A stretch of DNA of 64,000 nt, filler included, from Lama guanicoe (lineage: Eukaryota), in the NCBI GenBank assembly GCA_013239625.1. It is 80 parts of 80 records of this genome, joined end to end, with 100 filler letters (N's around TTAATTAATTAA, not from the genome) between each part and the next. Parts side by side here need not be neighbours in the genome. Positions count along the whole stretch, not along the records: positions 11,480 to 12,125 come from PNXV01022272.1; positions 12,226 to 13,165 come from MU056721.1; positions 13,266 to 13,665 come from PNXV01022275.1; positions 13,766 to 14,653 come from PNXV01022276.1; positions 14,754 to 15,213 come from PNXV01022277.1; positions 15,314 to 15,770 come from PNXV01022279.1; positions 15,871 to 16,308 come from PNXV01022281.1; positions 16,409 to 17,297 come from MU056723.1; 72 more parts are not named here. One strand, given 5' to 3'. Made by a program: the position numbers and the translations under genes. The notes below the pieces were generated by a model. That model saw only the letters and a program-made list of their open reading frames with translations. It had not been told where the DNA came from and searched no databases. Shown here one piece after another: positions 11,480-23,332 of this stretch. The first letter of the stretch is position 1; each line of letters begins with the position of its first letter.

Positions 11480-12125
11480 AAGACAAGGAAGAGTGGTCAA
11501 AGGCCAAAGCATGAGAAGATGAAGCATTAACTTCAGCATAATTTCCCAAAAGCAGATGCTACAGTTTGATTGGAACCGGCACGGTACAACAACGAGGACA
11601 CTAAGGTCGGACTGCCGTATCATTCCAGAAGACCCTGATGTATAACATCCATTGGAATGTTCCCACTGGTGTTTCTGTAGTCAGAGAAGCTCTGGGAAGA
11701 ACTGGTTTCATTGGGACATTCCAGTGGCACTACAAAGCACAAGCGCACTCTCAGTTTGTAGTTTTGGAAACACTCCAAAATGAAAAGAGCAGAATGCAGA
11801 GCTGAGAACCTTTAGAAGATTCATTTCCACCAGAGGAAGTGTGCTGTGCACTTTCAGAATTGTGAGATAAGCATAATCAAAGTGAGGTTATGCTAATCGA
11901 AATAATATGGGGTGTTCATCACAACAAAGGCAACAAAAGCAATTGGAGATATACTAGACAACAAACAAAGAAACAGGATATAGCATCAATGTCTAGGAGA
12001 AACTGTCCTCACAGGAATCCCATGGAATTGCATAGATCCAAGATTCAAATGTTTTCATTTAACATAGCCCTAGAATTCTACATTAGATACCGGATATTAC
12101 CTGACCAGTAGAGGTGAAGAAGCAA
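11480..12125 (+). pseudogene. Unidentified multicopy coding-like family, copy 2
   Basis: Overlaps copy 1 (1601-1745, reverse complement) and copy 3 (45210-45510). One frame reads for long stretches with scattered stops (NIHWNVPTG...EPLEDSFPPEEV...NWRYTRQQ...ILPDQ). Confidence 0.45.
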
Positions 12126-13265
12126 NNNNNNNNNNNNNNNNNNNNNNNNNNNNNNNNNNNNNNNNNNNNTTAATTAATTAANNNNNNNNNNNNNNNNNNN
12201 NNNNNNNNNNNNNNNNNNNNNNNNNGTAACCATAGGTATATTTTACCATTTACAAAAGTGTCTGGTTGGGAAGTGTAATACAATGATATTGTAAATTGAA
12301 TTACTCTAAAATTTCAAGGATTTATTTTTAATTCAATTATGATTAATTTTCATTTGTCACTGGCTCTTAATGCTTTATTTTAAAGTGTCTCTCATAGACC
12401 CCCTTCTTTCATCTTCTTCCCTTAGNNNNNNNNNNNNNNNNNNNNNNNNNNNNNNNNNNNNNNNNNNNNNNNNNNNNNNNNNNNNNNNNNNNNNNNNNNN
12501 NNNNNNGCACCAAAAAGCACTTTCCTGTGACTATCCTCTGTTTTGTTCATCATTTATGAGTCCAAATTTTATAGAATTGATTTAAAGAATGTCATATCTT
12601 TCTTATTATTGTGAATGGTTTTTAAAATGCTTTCCTTCTGACTCATTTCTGCGTACTTTAAAATAATAATATGAATCAAATAAGTATGGGAATAAAATCA
12701 CATTTACTTGTATCACATTTGATTCCATTTATATGGCAAAGTCTTATTATTATGTTGTTGTTATGAACGTGCATTTCATAATACACTTATTTAGATGAAT
12801 CAGAGCTTATTCATTAAGGTCATTTACTTTTAGAAATATGTAATTTCTTGTGAACACATGTATATAGAAATGCATGTGTCTTTTTATAATTTAAGCCGCT
12901 TAAAATCCAGATAAAATAAATCCAAGATACAAGATAATATGCCTTGCATTAATTTAAATTCATGTGAGTTAATAGACAATTTGAATATTGTTTCCCATTT
13001 TCTACTAGCTTCTTGATCATATTCAGCAGCACATTTACCTTTACATATAATTAAGGAATCTTTTTTATTTCTACTGTAGCTCTGTCATAATTGAAACTCT
13101 GCTGCAGAATCAGCTCTCATCTATCCCATGTGGTCAAGTGCAGAGGTGAGAATTCTCATTTGTGGNNNNNNNNNNNNNNNNNNNNNNNNNNNNNNNNNNN
13201 NNNNNNNNNTTAATTAATTAANNNNNNNNNNNNNNNNNNNNNNNNNNNNNNNNNNNNNNNNNNNN

Positions 13266-14653
13266 CTACATTCTGTATTCTGTATTCAATATTCTGCATT
13301 CCGTATTCCATATTGTATATTCTGTGAATTACATTCTATATTCTAAATCCTATATTCAGTATTCCGTATTCTATATTCTGTACTTTGGGTTCTACATTCT
13401 ATATTCTAAATTCTATATTCAGTAGTCTGTATTCTATATTCCAAATTCTGTGTTCTGCATTACATGTTCTAAATTCTGGCTTCTATATTCTCTATTCTCT
13501 ATTCTATATTCTGTGTTCTACATTCTATGTTCTAAATTGTATTTTCAGTTTTCTGTATTCTATATTATTAATTCTGTGTTCTGCATTCCATTTCAAAATT
13601 CTGGTTTGTATATTCCCTATTCTATATTCTATACTTTGTGTTCTTCTTTCTATATTCTACATACTNNNNNNNNNNNNNNNNNNNNNNNNNNNNNNNNNNN
13701 NNNNNNNNNTTAATTAATTAANNNNNNNNNNNNNNNNNNNNNNNNNNNNNNNNNNNNNNNNNNNNGGGATCTATAATCTATATTCTATATTCTATACTCT
13801 GTGTTCTACATTCTTTAATCTAAATATTATATTCAGCTTTCTGTATTCTATATTATAAATTCTGTGTTTTACATTCCATATTCTAAATTCTATATTCAGT
13901 ATTATTTAATATATATTCTAAATTCTGTGTTCTGCATTCCATGTTCTAAATCCTGGGATCTATAATCTATATTCTATATTCTATACTCTGTGTTCTACAT
14001 TCTTTAATCTAAATATTATATTCAGCTTTCTGTATTCTATATTATAAATTCTGTGTTTTACATTCCATATTCTAAATTCTATATTCAGTATTCCGTATGC
14101 TATATTCTAAATTATGTGTTCTGTATTCCATGTTCTAAATTCTGGGTTCTATATTCTTTTTTCCATATTCTAAATTCTGTGTTCTACATTCTATATTCTA
14201 AATTCTATATTCAGTATTCCGTATGCTATATTCTAAATTATGTGTTCTGTATTCCATGTTCTAAATTCTGGGATCTATAAAATATATTCTATATTCTATA
14301 TTCTGTGTTCTACACTCTATATTCTAAATACTATATTCAGATATCTGTATTCCATATTGTAAATTCTGTGTTCTACATTCCATGTTCTAAATTCTGGGTC
14401 CTATATTCTCTATTCTATATTCTATGATTTGTGTTCTTCATTCTATATACTATATTCTGCATTCCGTAGTCTATATTCTATACTATATTTTGTACATTCT
14501 ATATTCTAAATTCTATATTCAGTATTCTGTATTCTATATTCTAAATTCTGTTTTATGCATTCCATGATCTAAATTTTGTCTTCTCTATTCTCTACTCTAC
14601 ATTATATATTTTTTGTACTCCATTCTATATTCTACATTCTTTATTCTCTATTC
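13266..14653 (+). repeat. AT-rich heptamer satellite (two scaffolds: 13266-13665 and 13766-14653)
   Basis: 7-bp units; near-exact internal repeats offset by 189 bp (13766/13955) and 126 bp (14091/14217). Confidence 0.92.
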
Positions 14654-14753
14654 NNNNNNNNNNNNNNNNNNNNNNNNNNNNNNNNNNNNNNNNNNNNTTA
14701 ATTAATTAANNNNNNNNNNNNNNNNNNNNNNNNNNNNNNNNNNNNNNNNNNNN

Positions 14754-15213
14754 ATTATGTTGAGATATGGTCCTTCTATGCCCACTGTGATAAGAACTTT
14801 TACCGCAAATAGGTGTTAAATTTATCAAATGCTTTTTCTGCATCTACTGAGATGATCATATCGTTTATGTCTTCTCTTTTGTTGATATGGTGTATCACAA
14901 TTGTTTGATTTGCAAATGGTAAACCATCCTTGTGTTCCTGGGATGAACCTAAAGTGTAAATGGTGCATGATCTTTTTTTATATGCTGTTGGATTCTGTTT
15001 ATTAATAATTTCTTAAGGACATTTACATCTATGTTTATCAATGATATTGGCCTATAGTTTTCTTTTTGGGGTAGTGTCTTTTTCTGCTTTTGGTATCAGT
15101 TTGATATTGGCCTATGGTGTCAGTTTGGGAGTACTCTCTCCAAAAATCTTTTGGAAGAGTTTGCGGAGGACTGGTATGGATTTTTCTTTGTATGTTTGAT
15201 CAAATTCCCCAGT
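14754..15213 (-). mobile_element. LINE-1 ORF2 (RT region) fragment
   Basis: ttatcaaatgctttttctgcatctactgagatgatcata and gatattggcctatagttttctttt are classic antisense L1 ORF2. Confidence 0.9.
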
Positions 15214-15313
15214 NNNNNNNNNNNNNNNNNNNNNNNNNNNNNNNNNNNNNNNNNNNNTTAATTAATTAANNNNNNNNNNNNNNNNNNNNNNNNNNNNNNN
15301 NNNNNNNNNNNNN

Positions 15314-15770
15314 ATCTATAACACTGTGTTAGTTTCTCCTACACAACATACTGTTCGCTATTGTTAATAAATTTCAAACTATTCACCAGAATATATCTAG
15401 TTATGATATGTTGCTATGTAAGTATATTTCATAGTCTTTGACTATTCCCCATACAGTATATTTCTTGTCCCTGATTCATTTAATTTGCAACTGGAAAATT
15501 TTCTCTCTTAATTTTCCTCAAATTTTTCTTTTCCTCACCCCATTTCCCTCCTTCTTGTGAACAACCTATTGCTTTCTATGTGTATAACTCCTTTATTTCT
15601 GTGTTCTTATTTTCATTTATTTAAAATTCAAAATGTGATTAAAATCATTCAGCATTTGTCATTCTCTTTCTGGCTTATTTCACTTAGCATATTACACTCT
15701 TGGTCTACCTATTTGTTGCACATGACAAAATCTTATTCTATTTGGAGCTGAATAATAACCCATTGTATTT
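15314..15770 (-). mobile_element. Old LINE-1 3' end
   Basis: tctggcttatttcacttagcat motif; reverse-complement homolog of 3239-3590. Confidence 0.8.
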
Positions 15771-15870
15771 NNNNNNNNNNNNNNNNNNNNNNNNNNNNNN
15801 NNNNNNNNNNNNNNTTAATTAATTAANNNNNNNNNNNNNNNNNNNNNNNNNNNNNNNNNNNNNNNNNNNN

Positions 15871-16308
15871 TCTATTTCCTAAATTCTGTGTTCTGCATTC
15901 CTGTTTATAAATTCTATATGCTGTATTCTGCATTCTTTATTCTTAATTCTGTGTTCTGCCTTCTATGTTCTAAATTCTATATTTAGTATTCTGTATACTA
16001 TATTCTAAATTCTGTGTTCTGAATTCCATTTTGTAAATTCTGGGTTCTCTAATCTGTTTTCCATATTCTTTTTTGTGTTCTACATTCTATATTCTGGATT
16101 CAATATTCTGCATTCCGTATTCTACATACCATATTCTGTGTTCTAATTCTATGTTCTCAATTCGATATTCAGTATTCTGTATTTTATATTCTAAATTCTG
16201 TGATTTCTATATACCATGTTCTAAATCCTGGGTTCTATATTCTCTATTCAATATTCTACATTTTGTGTTCATCATTCTATATTCTATATTCTATATTCTC
16301 CATCCGTA
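15871..16308 (+). repeat. AT-rich heptamer satellite
   Basis: Same NNTTCTR units as 1846-2339. Confidence 0.9.
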
Positions 16309-16408
16309 NNNNNNNNNNNNNNNNNNNNNNNNNNNNNNNNNNNNNNNNNNNNTTAATTAATTAANNNNNNNNNNNNNNNNNNNNNNNNNNNNNNNNNNNN
16401 NNNNNNNN

Positions 16409-17297
16409 AGAAAGCCTTCCTTCACCTAGCTTGTTGAGAACACAAAGTTTCTTTTCAGTTGTTAAATACACTACATACTTATATATGAGGAGGTACTTGC
16501 TCGAACACATTTTTATGGAGAAAACTGCAGAAACTTCAAACCAGAACTTGGAAACAGGCTGAGAAACAAGAGGAAGTGTTTCTACTGCAACCAGTTTCAA
16601 TTGTGCAAGATGAACGAACATCTCTCCACATGCTCAGTACTGAGAGACAATTGTGTGTGAAAGCCGTCCGTCAAATAACTTGTTTGGAACACAAAGTTTA
16701 TTTTCAGTTGGAAACTACAAAACATAATTAAATATGAGGAGGTACTAGCTCCACCTCGGTTTTGCAGTGAGAACTGCAGGAACTTCAAACGGACACTAGG
16801 AAACAGGCTGAGAAACCAGAGTAAGTGTTTTTCATGCAACCCGTTCCCATTGTGCTAGATGAAAGAACGTCTCTCCACATGCTCAGTTTCGAGAGATAAT
16901 TGGGTGTGAAGCTTCCCTTCACCTAGCTAGATGGGAACTGAAAGTTTCTTTTCATTTGGAAATTACATTATATACATATATATGGGGAGGTACTGGCTCC
17001 AATTCGGTTTTACAGTGAAAACAGCAGGAACGTCATAACAGCACTAGGAAACAGATTGAGAATCCATTGTAAGTGTTTCTCCTGCAAACCATTCCCTTTG
17101 GGCAAGAAGAACGAACATCTCTCCACATGCTCATTTATGAGAGATAAGTGTATGTGAAAGCCGTCCTTCACAAAGAGTTTCCAACACTTTCCCTTTGTGC
17201 TAGAAGAACGAAAGTCTCTCCACATGCTCAGTTCTGAGAGATAAGTGTGTGTGAAAGCCATCCTTCACCTATCTTGTTGGGAACACAAAGCAAAGCT
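16409..17297 (+). repeat. ~249-bp satellite, diverged monomers
   Basis: ggaaacag(g/a)(c/t)tgag at 16550, 16799 and 17047 (249 and 248 bp apart); truncated monomer near 17170-17190. Confidence 0.9.
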
Positions 17298-17944
17298 NNN
17301 NNNNNNNNNNNNNNNNNNNNNNNNNNNNNNNNNNNNNNNNNTTAATTAATTAANNNNNNNNNNNNNNNNNNNNNNNNNNNNNNNNNNNNNNNNNNNNCCA
17401 CTATATTTTCTGGTGCATGGTTCCCAGATAGAGGAGGGGTCAAAACTCAGATCCCTACCTAGGGGCTCCACAACCTCATAGGTGGGAATGAGATTTGTTT
17501 ACAGTCCCAAGAAGAAGGGACCATTACACACCGATGCCTCTCTGAGTTGGCTCTTCTAAGACAAATGCACAAGAAGCAGTGTTCTGGAACAGAGCAGGGG
17601 TGAGGGCTAGTGCAGCTGTTTCCTCTGAGTCCAAGGACCTAATAGGGGAGCTACCTGCCAACTACCTTGCACAAGTGTGGTCCTGGGACCAGGCATCTGG
17701 TGGGGGGTGCAGACCACCCATTTACAGATGCTGGGACACAGACCAGGGGCACGACTAGACGGCCTCTGGAACCAGGAAGTGGAGTTTTCACAGCAGATAT
17801 GGGCAGGAGTGTGACAACCACAGGAAAAAAAGGAGCTCCTGCTCNNNNNNNNNNNNNNNNNNNNNNNNNNNNNNNNNNNNNNNNNNNNTTAATTAATTAA
17901 NNNNNNNNNNNNNNNNNNNNNNNNNNNNNNNNNNNNNNNNNNNN

Positions 17945-18521
17945 AAACTTTATTTAAAATCTATTTTTATATATAGTGGCTAACATTTGTAAACCTGGAA
18001 CTCCCAAATTTATCCCTTCCCATCCCCTTTCCCTGGTAACCTTAAGGTTATTTACTAAGTCTACAAGTCTGTGTCTGTTTTGTAGATGAGTCCACAGTGT
18101 CTTTTTGTCTCTTTTTTTAGATTGCACATATGAGTGGTATCATTTGGTATTTTTCTGTTTCTGGCTGCTTTCACTTAGAATGACGAACTCTAGCTAAAAC
18201 CATGTTGCTGCAAATGGTTTTATTTTGTCCTATTCATGGTAGAGTAGTATTCCAGTGTATAAATATGCCACAACTTCTTTATCCAGTCATCTGTTGCTAC
18301 ATTTAGCTTGCCTCCATGTCTCGGCTATTGTACACCGTGGTGCTATGAATACTGGGGTATAGGTATCTTTTCACATTGGAGTTCCTTCCAGTTATATACC
18401 CAGAAGTGGGAGGGATTGCTGTAAGGTAAGTCTACTTTTAGTTTTTTGAGGGATTTCCATGCTTTCCATAACGACTACACCAAACAGGATTCCCACCAGC
18501 AGTGTAAGAGGGTACCCTACA
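17945..18521 (-). mobile_element. LINE-1 3' end (ORF2 C-terminus plus 3' UTR)
   Basis: catgttgctgcaaatgg, ttctttatccagtcatctgttg, tatacccagaagtggg, ttcccaccagcagtgtaagaggg. Confidence 0.88.
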
Positions 18522-19439
18522 NNNNNNNNNNNNNNNNNNNNNNNNNNNNNNNNNNNNNNNNNNNNTTAATTAATTAANNNNNNNNNNNNNNNNNNNNNNN
18601 NNNNNNNNNNNNNNNNNNNNNGCAAGATGAAGCCTTGGAGACAGAGCACAGGGTTTAAGTCAAAGGAACATATCTAATATGGAGTTAGATTTGTTCTTTT
18701 CTATTACCGTGGCAGAAGCCACTTGAGGATTTAAATCCCTTTAAGTTAAAAATAAGTAAAACTTTAAATGAATTTACATACATTTGTGGGAATGTGCATA
18801 GCATATCTGGAAAAGCACACAAAGGATTGTAATCAGTGGCATCTCAAGGGAGGCGTGTAAGAACAGAGGATGAGGGATAACTTCTTTCACTTGAGTATTT
18901 TTCACTCTGTTTGAATTTTTTTATCCATATGCATATATTTCTTTTTCAGTTACAATAAAAGTATAATGGAGCAAAGGAGTAACTAGCTCACCAAATACAG
19001 CAGCCATGGACTCACTGAGTCATCACTTTTGATTTAAGCCAGGAAGCATTGATTGTCTCTCTCCTATGTGCCCAGTGCTGTTTTAAGACTGCTTTTATAT
19101 ATTTTTTTAATAAAATAATACCATGCTATCCCTCAGCCCTGCCCAGGGCTGGTGGAAAGTTTTTATTGAGTTGTTTTCCAAGGAGTAGAGATTAGTTATA
19201 AACAGAACACATCTTCATGGCAAAAGAGGCGGAGTGCTTTTCCAGCAGGCCAGATAGCAATGACCGGTTTTCAATAGAGGCGCACAGAGACTGAGAGAGA
19301 AAGCCTCCAGGACCCTACAGAAAGCTGCCCAAAGTGCCTNNNNNNNNNNNNNNNNNNNNNNNNNNNNNNNNNNNNNNNNNNNNTTAATTAATTAANNNNN
19401 NNNNNNNNNNNNNNNNNNNNNNNNNNNNNNNNNNNNNNN

Positions 19440-19849
19440 AAATCAAAATCAAAATGAGATCTCATTTCACACCCACTAGGATGGTTATAATGAAAACATG
19501 GACAATAACAAGTGTCATTCAGGAGGCAGAGATACCTCATATTCGGCCAGTGGAATGGGACAATGGTGCAGCTTCTTTGGAGAAGTCTGGTGTTTCCTCA
19601 AAAGGTTAGCGTTATATGGCTCAGCAATTCCACTCCTACATGTAGAGTCATCCCTCAGTATCCTCGGGGGGTTGGTTTCAGGAAACCCCCACCCTGGATT
19701 CCATAATCCAAGGATGTTCACATGAAGTGGACAGATATGGCGGGCCAACTGTACAGCCAACAGAATGAAAATATATTCTCACAAAAACTTGCAAATTAAT
19801 ATTCATAGCAGTATCATTCAGAGTAGCCAAAGGTTACAAAGCAAAGAAT
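19440..19849 (+). mobile_element. Old L1M ORF2 3' fragment interrupted by a MER2-like DNA transposon end (~19644-19730)
   Basis: cacacccactaggatggttataat is L1; agtcatccctcagtatcctcggggggttggtttcagga resembles the MER2/Tigger terminal sequence. Confidence 0.7.
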
Positions 19850-19949
19850 NNNNNNNNNNNNNNNNNNNNNNNNNNNNNNNNNNNNNNNNNNNNTTAATTA
19901 ATTAANNNNNNNNNNNNNNNNNNNNNNNNNNNNNNNNNNNNNNNNNNNN

Positions 19950-20885
19950 TGTGGTTTTGTGTCCTCTCTGTTTTTGATACGATGTATCACAATTGATTCA
20001 TTGATTTACATATGTCAAACCATCCTTGTGATCCTGGGATGAACCTAACCCGACCATGGTGCATAATCTTTTTTACATGCTGTTGGATTCTGTTTGTTAA
20101 GAATTTCTTAAAGACTTTTACATCTATGTTTATCAATGATATTGGCCTATAGTATTCTTTTGAGTTAGTGTCTTTATCTGGTTTTGGTATCAGGTTATTT
20201 TTGGCCTTACGGTGTGAGTTTGGGGGTACTCTCTTCATATCAATCTTTTGGAAGAGTTTGAGGAGGACTGGTATTGATTTTTCTTTGTATGTTGGGACAA
20301 ATTCTCCAGTGAATCTATTTGGGTCTGAATTTTTGTTTTCAGAGATTTTTATTTTGTTGATAATCATAATCTGTTTCTGGTGATCTGTCTGTTCATATGG
20401 TCAATTTCTTCCCAATGCAATTATGGTGGGCTATTTCCAGAAACTTCTCCATGACTTCTTGGTTATCCAGTTTGTTTCAATACAATTGCTCATGGTATTC
20501 CCTTATGATATTATACAAATTTGTTGTACTCTTTGTAGTTTCTCCACTTACATTTCTTATGTTATTTGTGTTCTCTCTCTTTTCGTGTTGGTGAGCCTGT
20601 CCAGAGATTTGTCAATTATGTTTACTTTTTCAAAAATGAGTTTGATTAATTTTCTCTATTTTTAATCTCTTTTTCACTTCTTTCTTCCTTGATCTTTATT
20701 ATTTCCCACTTTCTGGATACTTTTGGTTTTGTTTGCTCTTCTATTCATGAATGCTCTTCTATTCATGATTAGTTTGCAAAGAACATTAGATTATTTATTT
20801 GAAATTGCTCTTCTACATTAAGGAGAACCTTGTCATTATGAACTTCCCTCTTAAGCCATCTTTAACTGTATTCCATATACTTTGT
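19950..20885 (-). mobile_element. LINE-1 ORF2 fragment (disabled)
   Basis: ORF 19987-20367(-) reads FTGEF...[10 protein letters not shown]...LIPKPDKD...[12 protein letters not shown]...PGSQGWF, i.e. the L1 ORF2 Z/RT region. Confidence 0.95.
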
Positions 20886-21199
20886 NNNNNNNNNNNNNNN
20901 NNNNNNNNNNNNNNNNNNNNNNNNNNNNNTTAATTAATTAANNNNNNNNNNNNNNNNNNNNNNNNNNNNNNNNNNNNNNNNNNNNTTTTATTTAGTTTTG
21001 TTTTTTAAATCTCCCTTGAGACTTCCTCTCATAGATAATTTAGAAGTGTGTTTTTAAATTTCTAAATGTTTAGGGATTTTCTTGTCTTTCTGTTATTGAA
21101 TTGTGGTTTGACTAACTTATGGTCAGAGAACTTATTTTGTATGACCTCACTTTAAATTTTTTTTAACTTTAATTTAATTTAATAATTTAATTTCATAAT

Positions 21200-21575
21200 T
21201 TAACTTTTTATTGACTTATAGTCATTTTACAAAGTTGTGTCAAATTCCAGTGTAGAGCACAATTTTTCAGTTATACATGGACATACATACATTCATTGTC
21301 ACATTTTATTTTTTTCACTGTGAGCTACCACAAGATCTTGTATATATTTCCCTGTACTATACAGTATAATCTTGTTTATCTATTCTGCATTTTGAAATCC
21401 CAGTCTATCCCTTCCCACCCCCAGCCCCCTTGGCAACCACAAGTTAATTCTGTGTCGTCTGTTACTGTTTTGTATTTATGTTTTGTTTTGTTTTGTTTTT
21501 GTTTTTTTAGATTCCACATATGAGCTATCTCACATGGTATTTTTTTTTCTCTTTCTGGCTTACTTCACTTAGAAT
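21200..21575 (-). mobile_element. Young lineage-specific LINE-1 3' UTR, inserted next to an older L1 fragment (20986-21150)
   Basis: Reverse complement of the 3' UTR at 49904-50160 and 60123-60440. Confidence 0.8.
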
Positions 21576-21675
21576 NNNNNNNNNNNNNNNNNNNNNNNNN
21601 NNNNNNNNNNNNNNNNNNNTTAATTAATTAANNNNNNNNNNNNNNNNNNNNNNNNNNNNNNNNNNNNNNNNNNNN

Positions 21676-22560
21676 ATCCTAGCGCTGCCGAATGTTGGTG
21701 GATCCTCCCCACCCTCAGGATTCAAGAAACATTGTCTCTGCTTGGGGGAGCTCGAGAGTCAACTCCACGCAGCTCTCTTCCGTCACAGGTGTTCCCTGCT
21801 AGGGGGAAGTCCGAGAAATACCTTCCCTACCCTTGGGGAGGCAACCGCTGACACTGGACATGCCAGCGCAGACCCCCAGCATTTCCTGGCAGACAGAATT
21901 GGAAAACACTCAGGGGAGACTAGCTTAGGCATTCCGTTAAAACCAACGCGCTGCCGACCGTTGGTGGGACCTCCCCCGCTCAGGATTCCGGAACCATAAT
22001 CAGTGCGTGGGGGAGCTCGAGAGACAATTCCACGCATCTCTCTTCAGTCACAGGTGTTCCATGTTATGGTGAAGTCTGAGAAATACCTTCCGTGACTTTG
22101 GGGAGGCAGCCTCTATCACTGGGAATTCCTGAAACCCCCGCTAATATTCCCTGGCAGTGAGATATTAGGAAAAAACTCAGGGCAGACGAGCTTAGGCATT
22201 CCGTTAGAACCCACGCGGTGCCGAACGTTGGTGGAACCTCCCCACGCTCAGGATTCCGGAACCATAATCAGTACGTGGGCGAGCTCGAGACACAACTGCA
22301 CGCAGCTCTCTTCAGTCTCAGGTGTTCCCTGTTCGGGGGAAGTCCGAGAAAAACCTTCTCAAACCTTGGGATGGCTGCTGCTGACCCTGGGCATTCCAGC
22401 GCAGAATCCTAGCATTCCCTGGAAGACAGTACTTAGGAAAACCCTCAGGGGAGACGAGCTTAGGCAATCGTTTAGAACGCACGTGCTGCTGACCTTTGGT
22501 GGAACCTCCCTACGCTCAGGATTCCGGAAACATAATCAGTGCGTGGGGGATCTCGAGATA
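21676..22560 (+). repeat. GC-rich ~267-bp satellite, heterogeneous monomers
   Basis: More than three tandem monomers sharing ccacgcagctctcttcagtcacaggtgttccctg. Confidence 0.92.
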
Positions 22561-23254
22561 NNNNNNNNNNNNNNNNNNNNNNNNNNNNNNNNNNNNNNNN
22601 NNNNTTAATTAATTAANNNNNNNNNNNNNNNNNNNNNNNNNNNNNNNNNNNNNNNNNNNNTGACACAGCTCTCTCATCTATGTCTACCTCTACGCAGGTG
22701 GGTAGACACAGTAAATAGGTTCTTGGCCTCTGGAGGAAACTGCTTATTCTGTTTTATTTTTATTGTTTTATTTCTAAATGATTTTCTAAAATGAATATGC
22801 TGCTTTCAAACTAAGGTAAAGAGAGCCCAGTTGATCTACATTTTACAACGTGCTTAGTGCACGATATCTGAGTCAATCTGTCCATGTCATGAACAGGAGG
22901 TGGAGGAATGACTTATTTTATAAATAAGTCCCTAAAAGTGTGATGTTATACACTTAGGGAATCCCATAGGCAGTCTAATATACCTTGGAAGAAGTCACTC
23001 TTTTTTCTTTTTCCTTAACTGGTGAGGGTCATGGTTCCCTCATAGCCCTTTGACCACCCCCAACTCCAGCCAGATTCTCTGTGCCTCTGTCCTGATCATT
23101 ATGACCTCACATCAGAGTCTGGGCAATCAGCCGGACACCGGTAAAACACTAGTGAAGAAGTTTAAATATGCTCTAATTTCTTCTCTTTCAAGGAATAATT
23201 TATCAAATATTGGTGTTTCTCAAATGTGTATTCATCTTACTATTGCTGCCTTCT

Positions 23255-23332
23255 TAAACATCAAAATACACTGTCAAGAAAAGCCCCGCTATGTATAAAC
23301 ATCAAATACTGTCAAGAAAAGCCCCGCTATGT
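23255..23332 (+). repeat. Local ~40-bp tandem duplication
   Basis: taaacatcaaa(ata)...ctgtcaagaaaagccccgctatgt occurs twice in tandem. Confidence 0.85.

Noticed and set aside
13385..14280. Hydrophobic Tyr/Ile/Leu/Ser-rich ORFs resembling membrane proteins (also 16073-16360)
   Set aside because: Translation of the heptamer satellite.
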